Source: Hydrolagus colliei (taxonomy: Eukaryota). From it: 64,000 bases of DNA. Below the pieces are notes generated by a model. The model saw only the letters and a program-made list of their open reading frames with translations. It was not told the DNA's origin and searched no databases. A program made the position numbers and the translations under genes. Shown here piece by piece: positions 14,401 through 27,382 of the stretch (positions are counted from its first letter, which is position 1; the number at the start of each line of letters is the position of its first letter). The stretch covers positions 4,898,001-4,962,000 of the forward strand of contig CM068764.1 in the NCBI GenBank assembly GCA_035084275.1. The letters run 5' to 3'.

Positions 14401-17400
14401 AGGGGGTGGGCAGCAGGAACCAAACATATTCCATGTAAAAACAACTATGGGGAGTGGTTGATATCATTTAGTTTAATGAAACTCAAACACTTCATGGCAA
14501 TCCACTGAGCCCTGAGATTATTGTACAGATTGGAATGACTCCTTAGCATCTGTCTACAGTATTATGTTTCAGATTAGATATGGCAAGAGGCTATTTTTTG
14601 CCTATGAGTAAATTTAGCAATGAGATATTTCCGACTTAGTAATAGCAGGAGATGTAGTTTTATGACTGTCTGTTTATCAACCTTGGCAATACACGTTGGC
14701 AATTTTGTGGTCAATAAATGGGTCCAATATTTTTTGCTTTCTTCTTCCCTTGACGGGACATATTCATTCGAGGGTGATTGCACGGCAACGAGACGGAGGG
14801 TGGGGGAAAGCCAGTTAGAGTATATTTGTCCAACCGTAGCTCATTAGCTATTTGCCAAAGGTATGGATTGAAGAACAAGTTCTTAAATTCTTCCTTCAAA
14901 GAGCGGAACAAATAAAAATGAACCCGAGGATGGATTTGCCAATTCCTGTCTGTCACGCCAAAAAACAACAGGATAATGTGCAGCTCTTAAATAACAGAAC
15001 CAGAATACTCATCTCCCATCCCTTTGAAACGATCTTACCTTGAACCATGTAGATTAATGGCCGTGGTGAATAATTCAGCAACTGCTGGAGATTATTAATG
15101 CTGGAGTCAGGAACTCGCTCTTACTCTCTGCCATCAGAAGCTGCCTGGCCCCTGTTGCTGATTAAACCATGACCATTAACTGCAGCTTCACTAAAAAATG
15201 TTTTTCTCTCAGAATTGTAATGGGGCTCTTTTAGCACGATTAAAGTCGGTCTTCAAAGAAGAGTGCCCTGAATTGGAAACGCTCCACTGATGAACTGAAT
15301 AAATAGATGAACACGTCCCTTGACTAGTCTAGGAGAGAATGTTTCTTTCTAAGGAGGGAAAGAGAGAGGTTTATTATAATCCAAATTTTTCTCTTTCTCC
15401 CGCACTAAACCCTCTCGGCACTCGATTGTTAAGCACTGTGCAATATGAAACTGAGACATATTGACCCAGAAGGTTCATGTGTTTGTCCGTGGGAGGTTAC
15501 TCTCTCCCTTTCACCTCCCCCCCCACCACAGGACGCCCACCCCTCCTGACCACACCTCCCAGTTTGTGTCCAAACTGTCCAGCGCCTTGGGATGTCTTTC
15601 CGATGTGAAGGGCAAATACTCTAAGTATTTGTTGTTGTTGTTGTGAAGACATCACTGTTGACAAAGAGCTTCTTGAGGTTTAGCAAAGCGTAAAACCTAA
15701 CTCCCATCTGGGTTCCTGCTCCACAAAGCTATCCAGTGACCTCTGCTGGATATAGCTTGTGCTTGGGTGCAGGCAGGGTTGAGATTGGCAGTGATATTCT
15801 TGTGGTCGATTTGCCTGCTAATGCCCACCATCTTATCTTGCGCCTAAATCAATTGGAGAAAGATTTACTGGATGATAGAATCATACAACTGAGTACGGTA
15901 GAGGATCCGTGAACAAGATGAAGTGGGGAAGGGGATCTTGGAAGCTTTTCAGCAGCAGGTGCTGAACCCTATTAAACCTTACACGAGTTTAATTCGACAC
16001 AACACTCGACTCATCCGCAGTTTTAACCCCGTCAAAACTGTTCACTTTGATTTAAAAGCGCTTGGTTTGCCCGTCACAGCTCCAGAGAAAACGTCACATT
16101 GGGAACGACATTGTAGCCATCGTGTTCCAGGAGGAAAACACGCCCTTCGTGCCGGACATGATCGCCTCGAACTTTCTTCACGCCTACGTTGTGGTTCAGG
16201 TGGAGAATCCGGGCACCGATTCAACCATCTATAAGGTAATCATTTGGAAGCTTTTCAGCCTCAAGCCTTGGTCATTGACCAGCCAAACAGCTACTTGCAT
16301 TTATATAAATTAATAAAATTGGTCACTTCAATCCACCACTGTTTGTGGGACGCCGCTGTGTGCAATTGGCTGCTGCATTTCGCCTACAAATATATTTACA
16401 GTGAATATATTATCTTCTGTAAAGTGCTTTGAGACGTCTAGAAGAACTTTAACTCAGCACAACTTAATCCAACTCAGTCCAACGCAACTCAACCCAGTTT
16501 AACTCAACAGTAACATGCGTTAAATGTACACTATACAGTATTTGTAATTCAAAATAACTTTTTATTTGCTTCCCCTACCCCCGCCACCCCATCCCCCATG
16601 TTTCGATTGCCTGATCAGATTTCAGTCACTGCTCGAGATGGAGTTCACTTGTTTGGACCGATGTTGCCAAGCCCACCCGTCTTCAAGAAGGTAAGCAGGT
16701 TCTCTACATTTGTCCTGCCATGGAGCACTTCTTACTGAAATGCAATACGTTTCATGATTGAGCCCCTCCTCAAATCAAATCCCCTGCCCCCACGTCATTA
16801 TTTATCTCGTAGAAATCTTACAGCACCGAAACAGGCCATTCGACCCATTGAAACAGCAATGGTTTCATTCTATACCTGAGCCTGTGTTATCACGATCCTA
16901 TACCCAACATCCTTTTTAATATTCCCTCTCTTCAGGAATCTATTTGGGATCTTCAGGCAATTTCTTACTCTTTAGGATTGTTCACTAAAAAGTAGAAGGT
17001 AGGGAAGATTAGAAGAAATCTCAATGCTCGACGGGATGTCACAAACAACTACTAACACTTGACAAATTGAATTATTGGATAGCGAGCAAAGCTACAATGG
17101 GTCAAATGGCTCCTACGTTACAATGGACCTTTCTACATAACTATTGGCTAGTGTCTGGCGATATGGAATTTTTCCGATATCGATATTGGTGGGCTCATAT
17201 CGATATCACCAGGTTTTTTTTATCCTGTGTGTGCGCGCGCATTCGGATGTGCGTGCTCTACACGCAGGAGGTTTGCAATGCCGGCTACAAGGTATGTTGA
17301 AAAAGTTTGTATTATACCGATATCGCCGGACACTATATACCAATGTTTTGTGATACACCGATTTTTTTTATATAGCATATATTTCGATATGCCGATATAT

Positions 17401-20400
17401 TCAAATTTCCAATATCGGCAAATCGATATGAAAAATTATACTGATATCGATATATCGCCGGACACTACTATTGGCTTAGTTGGGTCAGTATCCTGTGCGT
17501 AATCATGAGATAAAATTCTTAAACGTTGCCTCCTTTGTACACCTAGGGCACTGAGCTCAGGGAGTTTCTGCTCACAAAGCTCATCAATGCGGAGAGTGCT
17601 TGCTACAAGTCCGAGAAGTTTGCGAAGCTCGAGGTAACAACAAAATTACACTTGTATAGCGTCTTTCACATCCGGCTGACGACCCAAGGCACTGGACAGT
17701 CAATGTTTCAGTCCCAAGCTGGGGTTGGGATTGGGGAGGGTGGAGGGAAGGGGGTGTGGGTGAATGATGGGACTGTCGAAGAGGAGGGTCTTGAGGTGGG
17801 ACTTGAAGGAGGCCAAGGAGGGAGCGAGGTGGAGGGACTGTGGGATGGAATTCCAGAGGTTGGGGGCAGAGTGGCTGAAGGCTCGCCCGCCGATGGTGGG
17901 GCGGGTGGATCGGAGGACATGGAGCAGGCCGTAGCCCACCGAGTGGAGGGAGCGGGCAATTTAGTAAGGGGTGAGGAGGTTGCAAAGGTAGAGTGGGGCA
18001 AGGCCGTGGAAGAAGTAAGGTCAGGGAATGGTGTGGTGAGGGGAGGGATGGACGGCGATGGTATCCACACCAGGAAAAGTATCACCAATTCGACTTAGTT
18101 GTAATTTCAGACTCTGTCAAGAGCCCAAACTAACCATCCTCTGGGCTTGATTCCCTTTGCCCAGAACCGAACGCGGGCGGCTTTGCTAGATAATCTCCAT
18201 GACGAGCTCCACGCACAGACACAGGCAATGCTCGGGCTGGGCTCTGACGAGGACAAGATGGAAAACGGTGGCCACGGGGGATTCCTGGAGTCCTTCAAGG
18301 TAAAGCCGCAGAGCAATTTACAATTAAAATCGGCGTCCGCAGGTGTGATCCTCTCCGCTACGTTCGACTGATGTTTCACTTCCTGTCAATTTCACTCATT
18401 TGATAAGTCTTCCAAATGACAGATGCATTCGATAGTCACGCTTGATCACATCGTCAAAAGACCTCAAAGCACTTCCTACCGTATACCATAGAGCGCAGTG
18501 ATGATTGAGCTGTGAAACCAATGTCCCGCCAGCACTGTTCAGGGGTCGTTAAAGTTCCCATTACACTTTTCAAGGAAGAAGGGAGTTTTTCTCTCTCTCC
18601 CCAGAGCCCTGACCGACCGAACCCCAGATAAAATGGAGCATTTGTCTTGTGGATGTTGGTAGGATGTTGCCTTTGAACAATTTTACCGGTTGAGTTTGAC
18701 TACAAAGTACACAATGGCTGCGCTTTACAGTAAATCCCGTGAAGCACTTTGAGGCAACCTTCTGACATGAAAGGCACTGTATCAAATGTGAGGCTTAGTA
18801 TTTGTGTTTAACCTATTAATGCAGGGACAGTGAAGTGTGTAGGCACAGATGGTGTGGTGTAATTGAGAACTGTTCCGCAGATTCAGTGATGAAGTGATAC
18901 AGGTGGGGAGTGATAATTAATGCAGGGGCTGGCAACCTGCTTACAAATGAGGCAGGATTGCGTCTTTCGCTTGCTAAAAGCCAATTACATTTATATAATG
19001 CTCATGTTAAAGGAGCGTCTCTACCAGCTATACTACTACTAATGATAATAATACCCAATGAGATTAACTAGATACAGATTAAATGCACTTGCGAAGGTGT
19101 CGGGAATATCCAGGTAACCAAATTGGGTTAATTAATAATATCCTTTATTTTACACAATTTTTGTGCCTTATCACGTAATTGGTACAATTTTATTGTTTGT
19201 GTGTGCGCGCGCGCATCTTGTAACACGATCTGACGTATTTTCTCTCCGAACATGCAGAGGGCGATTCGTGTCCGCAGCCATTCAATGGAGACCATGGTCA
19301 CCAGCCACAAGAAGCACCACAGCGGAGGGCTATCTGGCAGCCAGAGTGCTGGCGTGGCCCACACCACAGTGGAGAACATCAGGCACACACCCACCGTGAG
19401 TAGGGAGCTCGGCGGGATTATTAGACAGTAAACTCCTGATAACTCGCCATTCTGAGGGAGAGGGGCTCAGTGTTGAGTTACCACAGCAGCGAATTAAATA
19501 CATAAATAAATACATGGCCGAGATATTGACATCGTGGCAATTAAGTGGTAGTCAGAGGTTAAGCCAGGGTTGAGCTTTCAGGAATTTACTGTATTTATGA
19601 ATTGGTAATTATTATAATTATTCATGTCAGGAGGACATCTCAAACCACTACTTCGGGTATTCTGGAAACTGCAGTGACTGGCTGCCCAGATCCCTTGTAA
19701 AATACAATCTCCATACAGTAGACCTGCAGTGAATAAGTTACATGTAAAACGGAAACCGCTGGGAATACTCAGCAGGTCATGCAGCATCTATGGAGAAAGG
19801 AAAGTGAATCAATGTTTCGGGTCCATGACCCTTTGTTAGAACTGGTTACATGTAATGTTGTCCGGAGAGGGTGGGCAAGGGGGAGGAGGTGTCGAGAGTC
19901 ATTGAACCAACTGCAATATACCTCACAGATTTTTTTTGATGTTTGTTTTTAATCAATGTGGAAATTTTGAAGGGGGAGGGAGGTGAGTGTTTGCTGGGCA
20001 GTGGTACGGAGAGGTGCGGTAGAGGAAAGGGAAATGGTGATAAGTTGCAGATCAGTCACTGCTACTGCTGTTTCAAGCTTCTTGTGTTCATCGCAGATGT
20101 TTACAATAAAGTTAATATTGCCGGTAAAGAGTATAAAATTAATTAGGTTTAAACCCTGTAAGAACAGCCCTGCTGGGATAGAATAAAACTAATGGGGGCT
20201 GAATTCCCAGCTTTCTGCTTAATTTCCTTGATGTATCTAGCAGGCAATTCCAAGGTTTAATTATATATTAACCTGAGATGCTTGGCTCTCTCGTGAAAGT
20301 CTAAAGCAAACTGAAAGTGCTTCCAGAACTGGCAAACTGGTTGTCCTCTATAAGATGTCCAGACCATGAGATCAACAACAATGACAACTTGCATTTATGT

Positions 20401-23400
20401 AACAGCCCTCACACAGGATGGTGTCCCAGAGCGCTTTTCAAGGAGCCCATTTAAAAAAGCATCTTGATGCTACGATGGGAGGGCTGAGATCAGATGGGAG
20501 GAAGGGCCTTCTTCATCCCATGTGATCTTGTATACATCCTTTTTTAGAAATGTGTTGGTTGTATCCAATGCATTTTCAGTGAACATCTGAGAAATTATCA
20601 AATTTTTAAATAATAATTCTTGCATTTGATACAGCGCTTCATCAAGTCTTCACGATATCCTACATTATAATGTGAATTGACTGTATATTTTGTGGGTGTA
20701 AATTACCTGGATTCTGTGGCCCTCTTCCATCTCAAGCTACGTTCATGGGTTTTCTGTTGCATGTTGAGCTGGCTGCATCTCCCTATAGTAACATTTCTTC
20801 TTTCTCTCTCTCTCTCTCTCTTCTCTCTCTCTGTGTTGCTTGCTCTCTAATCCTCAGCAACAGGCAAAGATGCTGAAGAGCCCGGTGAAGAGAAGATCTG
20901 GCCTCTTCCCTCGATCCCTTGCCGGCTCGGACGGACAATCAGACGGCCGCCCGCGATGGTGAGTGTGATGGTGGGGGTGGGGGGGCAGTAGAAACCTGTA
21001 GCATCAACTTGCATCTTTACAATGCCTTGTTGCGTATCAAAGAACATCACGGCAGAAGCCTGAAAATATTGAGGTCCATCCACGAGAGACCGATTCATCT
21101 GGAGGATTGCTAGCCAGGAATCGGTCTTCAGATCACAAGCTCCGTTCAGATAAAGAAGGCTTTTCGGCCCATCTGATCTCATGGCTCCAAAACACCCACC
21201 CTACTGTTCTGCCATCACAGCTTCGAGCTATATGTTTTTAATACTGTTCATTTAAATGAGTCCCAGCATCCCAGCCTCAACCGCCTTTGCTAGTAACCTG
21301 CACCAATTGTTAATCAGTCTCTGGGTTGTTTGGAGTTGTCTGGTCTGAAATTGCACCTTTGCAAACTGCACACCCCCCACCACACCTTTTTCTACTGCTG
21401 TGCGGTTGGGGGGCGGGAGGGGCATGAGATCAGATGAGCCGAGATGTCTCAGAAGCGGTGATTGGTTGGAGATGAGTTTCTCCGTCCAACTCCTCCGAGA
21501 CGTCTCCTTTTCAACGTCTCCTTTTCAAGATTTAACTGCGTCTAATTGTTTAGACCTCAGTGTAGTTTAGAGTGACCCTCATTTTCCCCTGGCCTGTTCC
21601 TTGCTTGGTGTCCACTACTTCTGGAGGATTGCTGGCCAGGAATCAGTCACTTTGGCCACTGTAAAGCACTCAGTTCTTCTTCTAAGTGAAGAGTGCAAAA
21701 ATGAATACAAGTAGTTGGATGCTCTCTGCCCTAAGATTATTATTTTTATAGTTACCAACGGGATAGATCATGACCCCAAGAGCCAGACACTCAGACAGTA
21801 GAGTGTATATATTCCTGACATACATCTCACTGGTTACTTGGGTCTGCTAAATGCAGTCACAGTTTATTTTTAGTTCTTCAATCACTTGGCCTGTCACTTT
21901 TTAACAAATGATGCCCGTGGCTAAATCGAGCTGCTTAACCAGCCTGCAGATCGCTGCACCTAATGAGGAGTTTAATCATCCTGGATAAAAATGAGTTCCT
22001 CCAGTCAGTCAGTCCCCAAACTGACTTGAAAGATCATGGCCTCAGTCGGGGCAGTGATTTGAGATCCCACCTGGCTTTACCCAGACGGTTTGGCTTTTGG
22101 GAGAATAACTTTACTTAAGGGATATTGTTCACAGAAATAGTATCAATAGTTTCCCACCAGTCACTCTTAGCAAATCATGGATGGTTTCAGACTCGTTACT
22201 TTTAGAATTTAAAAGTAGTGAAACGAGAGCACAGAGTACAAATTACAGCCGGTTCCTGACTTGCGAAATTTTCTTAGCATTTTGGAGCTCAGAATGTGGA
22301 CAAATTCTCAATGAATCTTTTAATTTGGAAAATGCGCACATTCCGAAACATTAAGAAAATAGTCTTAAGCCTAGTTGGAATCTCTCTTTCCCCTACCCAG
22401 CCTCCATTGTCTGTCAGTTTGTTTATCTGTCTGTCTGTGCGTATGCTCGGTGCAATTCAAATTCCCTATTGGAGAACAATTCCTGCTGCAAACTACCCTC
22501 TTGATTTTTTTTTATTTGCTTTGTTTTATTTTGTTCAAATCCATTTGTCAAGTTTCCCTTTTTATTGTTTTCCGTCTGTGTATTGCGCCTGAAGCTTTTG
22601 AGCTTTCCCTGACCTGCATTGGGCTTCACTGGGGCCGAGAGATCTCGTAAATGTCAGATTTCTCTGCTTCATCTCCAACCCTGCAAGATTCAGTAAGAGC
22701 TGAACGCATACTTGACACTGAGCCAGACTTCCACTTTGCTATTGAGTGTGACTGAGGGATTTTTCTGCTTTCAGCATGAATCAGATGGGATATACAGTAA
22801 TGAGGGGTTTCCAGTGTCCCACAAACAGTGGTGGATTGAGTGAACAAATTATTATTTTTAAAACAAAATTTGAAGGGATTATTCCCCCCCCCACCCTCCA
22901 GCCCCTGGAAAAGCAATCTGCTAATTAACTGATAACCAAGTTCCTACTTTCTTGCTGGGTAAATGGAGGATGTGTGGAGAAAGGAACGTGCCTAATGTTT
23001 TGGCCTGTCCGGGAATCGAACCCAGGTCTTCTCACTTGATATATGAGAGAAATGACATCTCTCATACTCCTGTATGAGACAAAATGATAGCTTTTTCAGA
23101 GATGCAGCAAATTCCTCATGCACTGAATATTAAACGCTGTAAGTTTCTATTGTTCTACTCGGGAGTTGTTAATTTTTTTCATTGTATTGATTTTTTTGTG
23201 TGTGTGCGCGCGACAGTGAAAGCTTGTCAAGTTTACCGAGGACGCCCGAGTGTGGCCAAATCTCACAGGAAGTCAAATGGGACACTTCCTCCAATCCCAG
23301 CTCGCCCGAAATGTGCCCCAACAAAGACAGGTAATGCCAACTGCCGTCAGCCCGGTCTCTCTCTAAATAACCGCAATCCTCGAGCCAGCGCCGCGAGGCC

Positions 23401-26400
23401 GGAATAGCCCTAAATGCTTCACGGAGAATTGCCATCAAGCGTTTGGAAGCAACCCCAAAAAAATTAACGGCCATTTTATACTTGTGGGAGGGTTATTAGC
23501 TAGGACCCGGGGGGGAAACTTTCCCTTCATTTTTCAGGTACTTCATGGGATCTAACAATGCAGTGTTTCCTCCAAGACCGTACTGGTCTGGAGGCTTTAA
23601 CCTCAGAGGCTCACGACCTCACCAGAGAGAGAGGGGAGAGTGCTAACCACAGCAACTCAGCTGTGCTCGAACCTGAGGAAGAATAGGATTAGAAAGAACT
23701 TGCATTTTTACCGAACGCCATCTCAAAGATGTTGCTTCACAACAAGCCCACCAGGGCGCAATGATATCCTTTGAGTATGTGACCGCAGCATCAATCGAAT
23801 GTCCTCATTTATCTGAGCAAACAAACGCCGTGAACGTGCCTGGTACCAACACAGCTGCGGTACTGAAGGAAAGCCAGGAAAGTGCATAGACCAAATTGAA
23901 CAGAGCGAATGGGAGCCTAAGCACTGATCGTCAAATCCTGACTGTGTGCGAGAGAGAGAGAGAGAGAGAGTGGAGGGGGTTGGGTGGTGTCTGTGTGTGA
24001 GACCGAGAAAATGCAACTACTAAATGCAGTGCTCTTTATGTTTGTTTGAGGATGAAGGCAACTTATCAGCAGTGACATATCCAGACTGAAATGTGTTTCT
24101 TGCCTGACTCCTGAGAAATGCGATTCATCTGATTCCTTGTATCGACAAAGCACCTGACCTTTTGAATCAGGATCGCCTCTGTCATCTATTTGATCCTATC
24201 TGCGCCATTTTCATTACACTGGGCAGCGTTGGGTTTATGACGGACGCTGGCTTTAATTGCGCTCCTTTTGAACCCCCTCGGGTTCCTCTCCAAAGTAAAG
24301 TGAAAGTCAACTTTTGACCAGGTGTTTTTCTCCCCCCCCCACCCCTCCCCTCCCTCCCACCCCACCACCACCCCTGTCTTTCCTCCTACTCACCAGGATC
24401 TTCAATAAACTCAAGGAGAACGGGAGGGACAACATCTCGCGCTCTTCGTCAAGTACCAGCAGCTTCAGCAGCACGGCCGGGGAGAGCGAGGCAATGGAGG
24501 AGTACGAGACCAGTGCAGTAAGTCCTCCCACAGCACCACGTCTCAGGGCGGGGGGGGGGGGGGGAAGATTAAAGACCCTTGTGCCTTGGGGAGTTACAAT
24601 AATAATCATCATCAGAATCTTCATAATCCTTGCGTTTGATACAACACCTCACCATACCTTTTGAGGTGTCTCAAAGCACTTTACAGGATATACTGTAAAG
24701 TGGATTTGGCTGACTCGATATTTTCTTGGAGGAGGAAAGGGCTGCTGAGATAGATACGTGTGTTGCGAGATCAGAGGGAGTTTCGTTGAGCGTTGAATTA
24801 TTTGGGGTTCCTTACCACCATCTTTTGCTGCTTGGAAGACCTTCCTGGGGGTGGTGGTGGTGGGGGGGGGGGGGGGGGAACAAAACAAAAACCTCTCTCT
24901 TTGACTGCGCCTTCACCGCCCCCACTCACACATACCTTTCCGCCATTTCCCCACCCCTGCCCGGGATCCATCTGTGTCTCTGAGCAGCACTTGGAGACGC
25001 TTTCCTCATGTGAAAGACACTGTGCAAGAGCCAAGTTTGGGATAACAACATAACTTTCATCGTTGTCGGGTCCCTGATGGTGGTGGAGAAGTTGAAGACG
25101 GGAAAGAATACCGTTTGTTCCCCCCCATGGGGAAAAAAAATATTTTTCGATCCAATTCCTTGGAATGTTATTTTCTTATTGTTATTGATATGTTTTTTTT
25201 GTTGCTTTGTGTTTGCGTTTTGTAATCTTTCTTCATCACCACCAATTTCTTTTTTGCTCAGGGAAGCCAGACGTCAACGGCTTCTCCTTTCCGACAGGAT
25301 GTTTTTCTCTACAGCCCGTTGGGGACCAATGAAAACCAAAACGTCATCACTTCCTGCAAGAGCCCCACAGGTCTGCACATAGCACCTCAGTGTCTGCCTT
25401 CATACAGACACATACCCCCCCCATACACACACACCCACCCACCTCCCCATATGTATACACACACACAACAAACATGCATATACACACACACGTACACAAA
25501 TGCCATGTGTGCACGCACATGTGCTTCGATACATGCACACCCTCCCTGCATACTAGCACACACGCATGTGTGCCCACAGGCTAGCGCACATACACACCAC
25601 ACACACCATCCCCATCAACCTGACAACAATATCAATACTTACGTGCCTGTACACAGCGCCTTTCACAAAGGAAATCCTGTCCAAGCGGAGTGTGTGCGAG
25701 TGGGAGTTAGTGATGGCTTCTGACTAAGACTCTGTCAAAGAGAGATTTTTTAGATGGGTTTTGAAAGCAGGGGGAGGGTGGCCAGGAATAGGGGGATTTA
25801 GGGATAAAGAGATCGAGGTCACCGGTGTCACTGAATCCTTGGCCCTGGAGACAGGATATTTGCCGCACCTATCACAGTGAGCCCAGAGTGTACTGATGAC
25901 AATAAGACTTGCATTAATATCTAATGCAAGTCTTATTGTCATCAGTACACTCTGGGTGACTTATCATTGCCATCGAGGCGTCTCAAAGGTCTTCAAGATT
26001 TTGGTGTAAAATACTGTGGCTGTGGAGGAGCGCAAATTTGCGCAGAGCGGAGTTTGCCAGGACAACTGTGTGGTGAATGACCAAATCTATCTGGGGAATT
26101 GGCAACCGGAAGAGAAAGATACTTCCTGCTTTTTCTGAGTACGTAGTGCCACAGGAACTTTTACGTCCATCTGGACAGGCATAGGCAGTTCCATGGTTTA
26201 ACATCTCATCCAAAGGATGGTACCTTTCACAATGTGTCACTTCCTGACACCATGGCCCATTAAGCACTTCACTGGATCCTAGACTGTGAGTGCAAAGTCA
26301 TACTAGGAACATAGGGAACAGGCCACTCAGCCCCTCAAGCCTGTTCCACCATTCGATTAGATCATGGCTGAACTCCAATCAACTCAACTCCAATCACCCA

Positions 26401-27348
26401 CCTTTGCCCCATGTCCCTTGATACACTGACCTAACAAAAAAAAATCTATCCCGCTCCTTCTTGATAATTTGAATGGATCTGGTATCTAGGTCGGTGTGTG
26501 GGAAGAGAATTCCAGATTTTCACGACCCTTTGTGTGGAAAAGCCGCGAAGGGGGTTGAGTGCTGTGAGAGCCAGAGTTGAAAGATGTGGGTTCACCATTT
26601 CGCTCTGATCTCTCCTTCTCTTCCCCCTGCGTAGTTATCTATTCTTCAGCCCAGATGGTCAGCAGAATAAGTGAGTTTGGGGGCTGGGCTGCAATGGGGC
26701 GTGGGTTTATATGAGGTTGGGTAGGGGCAGGCACCACAATCAAGTCTAAAATTCTCTTCACCTGACGCCCAAGCTTGTAGTCAGTGACCAGTTTTATCTG
26801 GGGAATTGTCAGCCAGGTATCTTGCTGTGAGCCCATGCCTGCGAGAGTCAGTGAATTGGGACTGGATTGGGACTCTCCGCCTGCTTGTCTTTGGCAGCTT
26901 TTTGAGGCGTTTGGTTCTAAACTAGTGATGGGGTAAGGAACGGGTGAGAGAAAGAGAGAGAACATCTCCACTGAGCCAGATATGGACACTTGTTATTTCA
27001 CTGCGAGTAGTGGTATTGGCACACCATGAAACCCCAAATCCATACGTGAATGTTAAACTCCATCTTGGCCTGTCCAGGTAGAAGTTAAGGATCTATTCGA
27101 AAAGAGAAGAGAGTTTCTCACAATGCCCTCCAGATAAAATTGGTTATTCACTTCATGGCTGTTTGGGGGACATTACTGTACTGTGCACAAAATTACATGA
27201 CCCGTTTGCCGACAAAATAGACAGCCACTACACTTTACATTATAATCTTATGAAGACCTTTGAGATGTTCTTCCTGTATGAAAGGCACCATATCTAATGC
27301 AAGGATTATACGCAATGCCTGATTAAAAAAAAAAAAATTTCATTGGTA

Positions 27349-27382
<34 letters not shown>

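Noticed and set aside
17584-18098. Several overlapping 80-150 aa ORFs
   Set aside because: Explained by a decayed L2 3' fragment.
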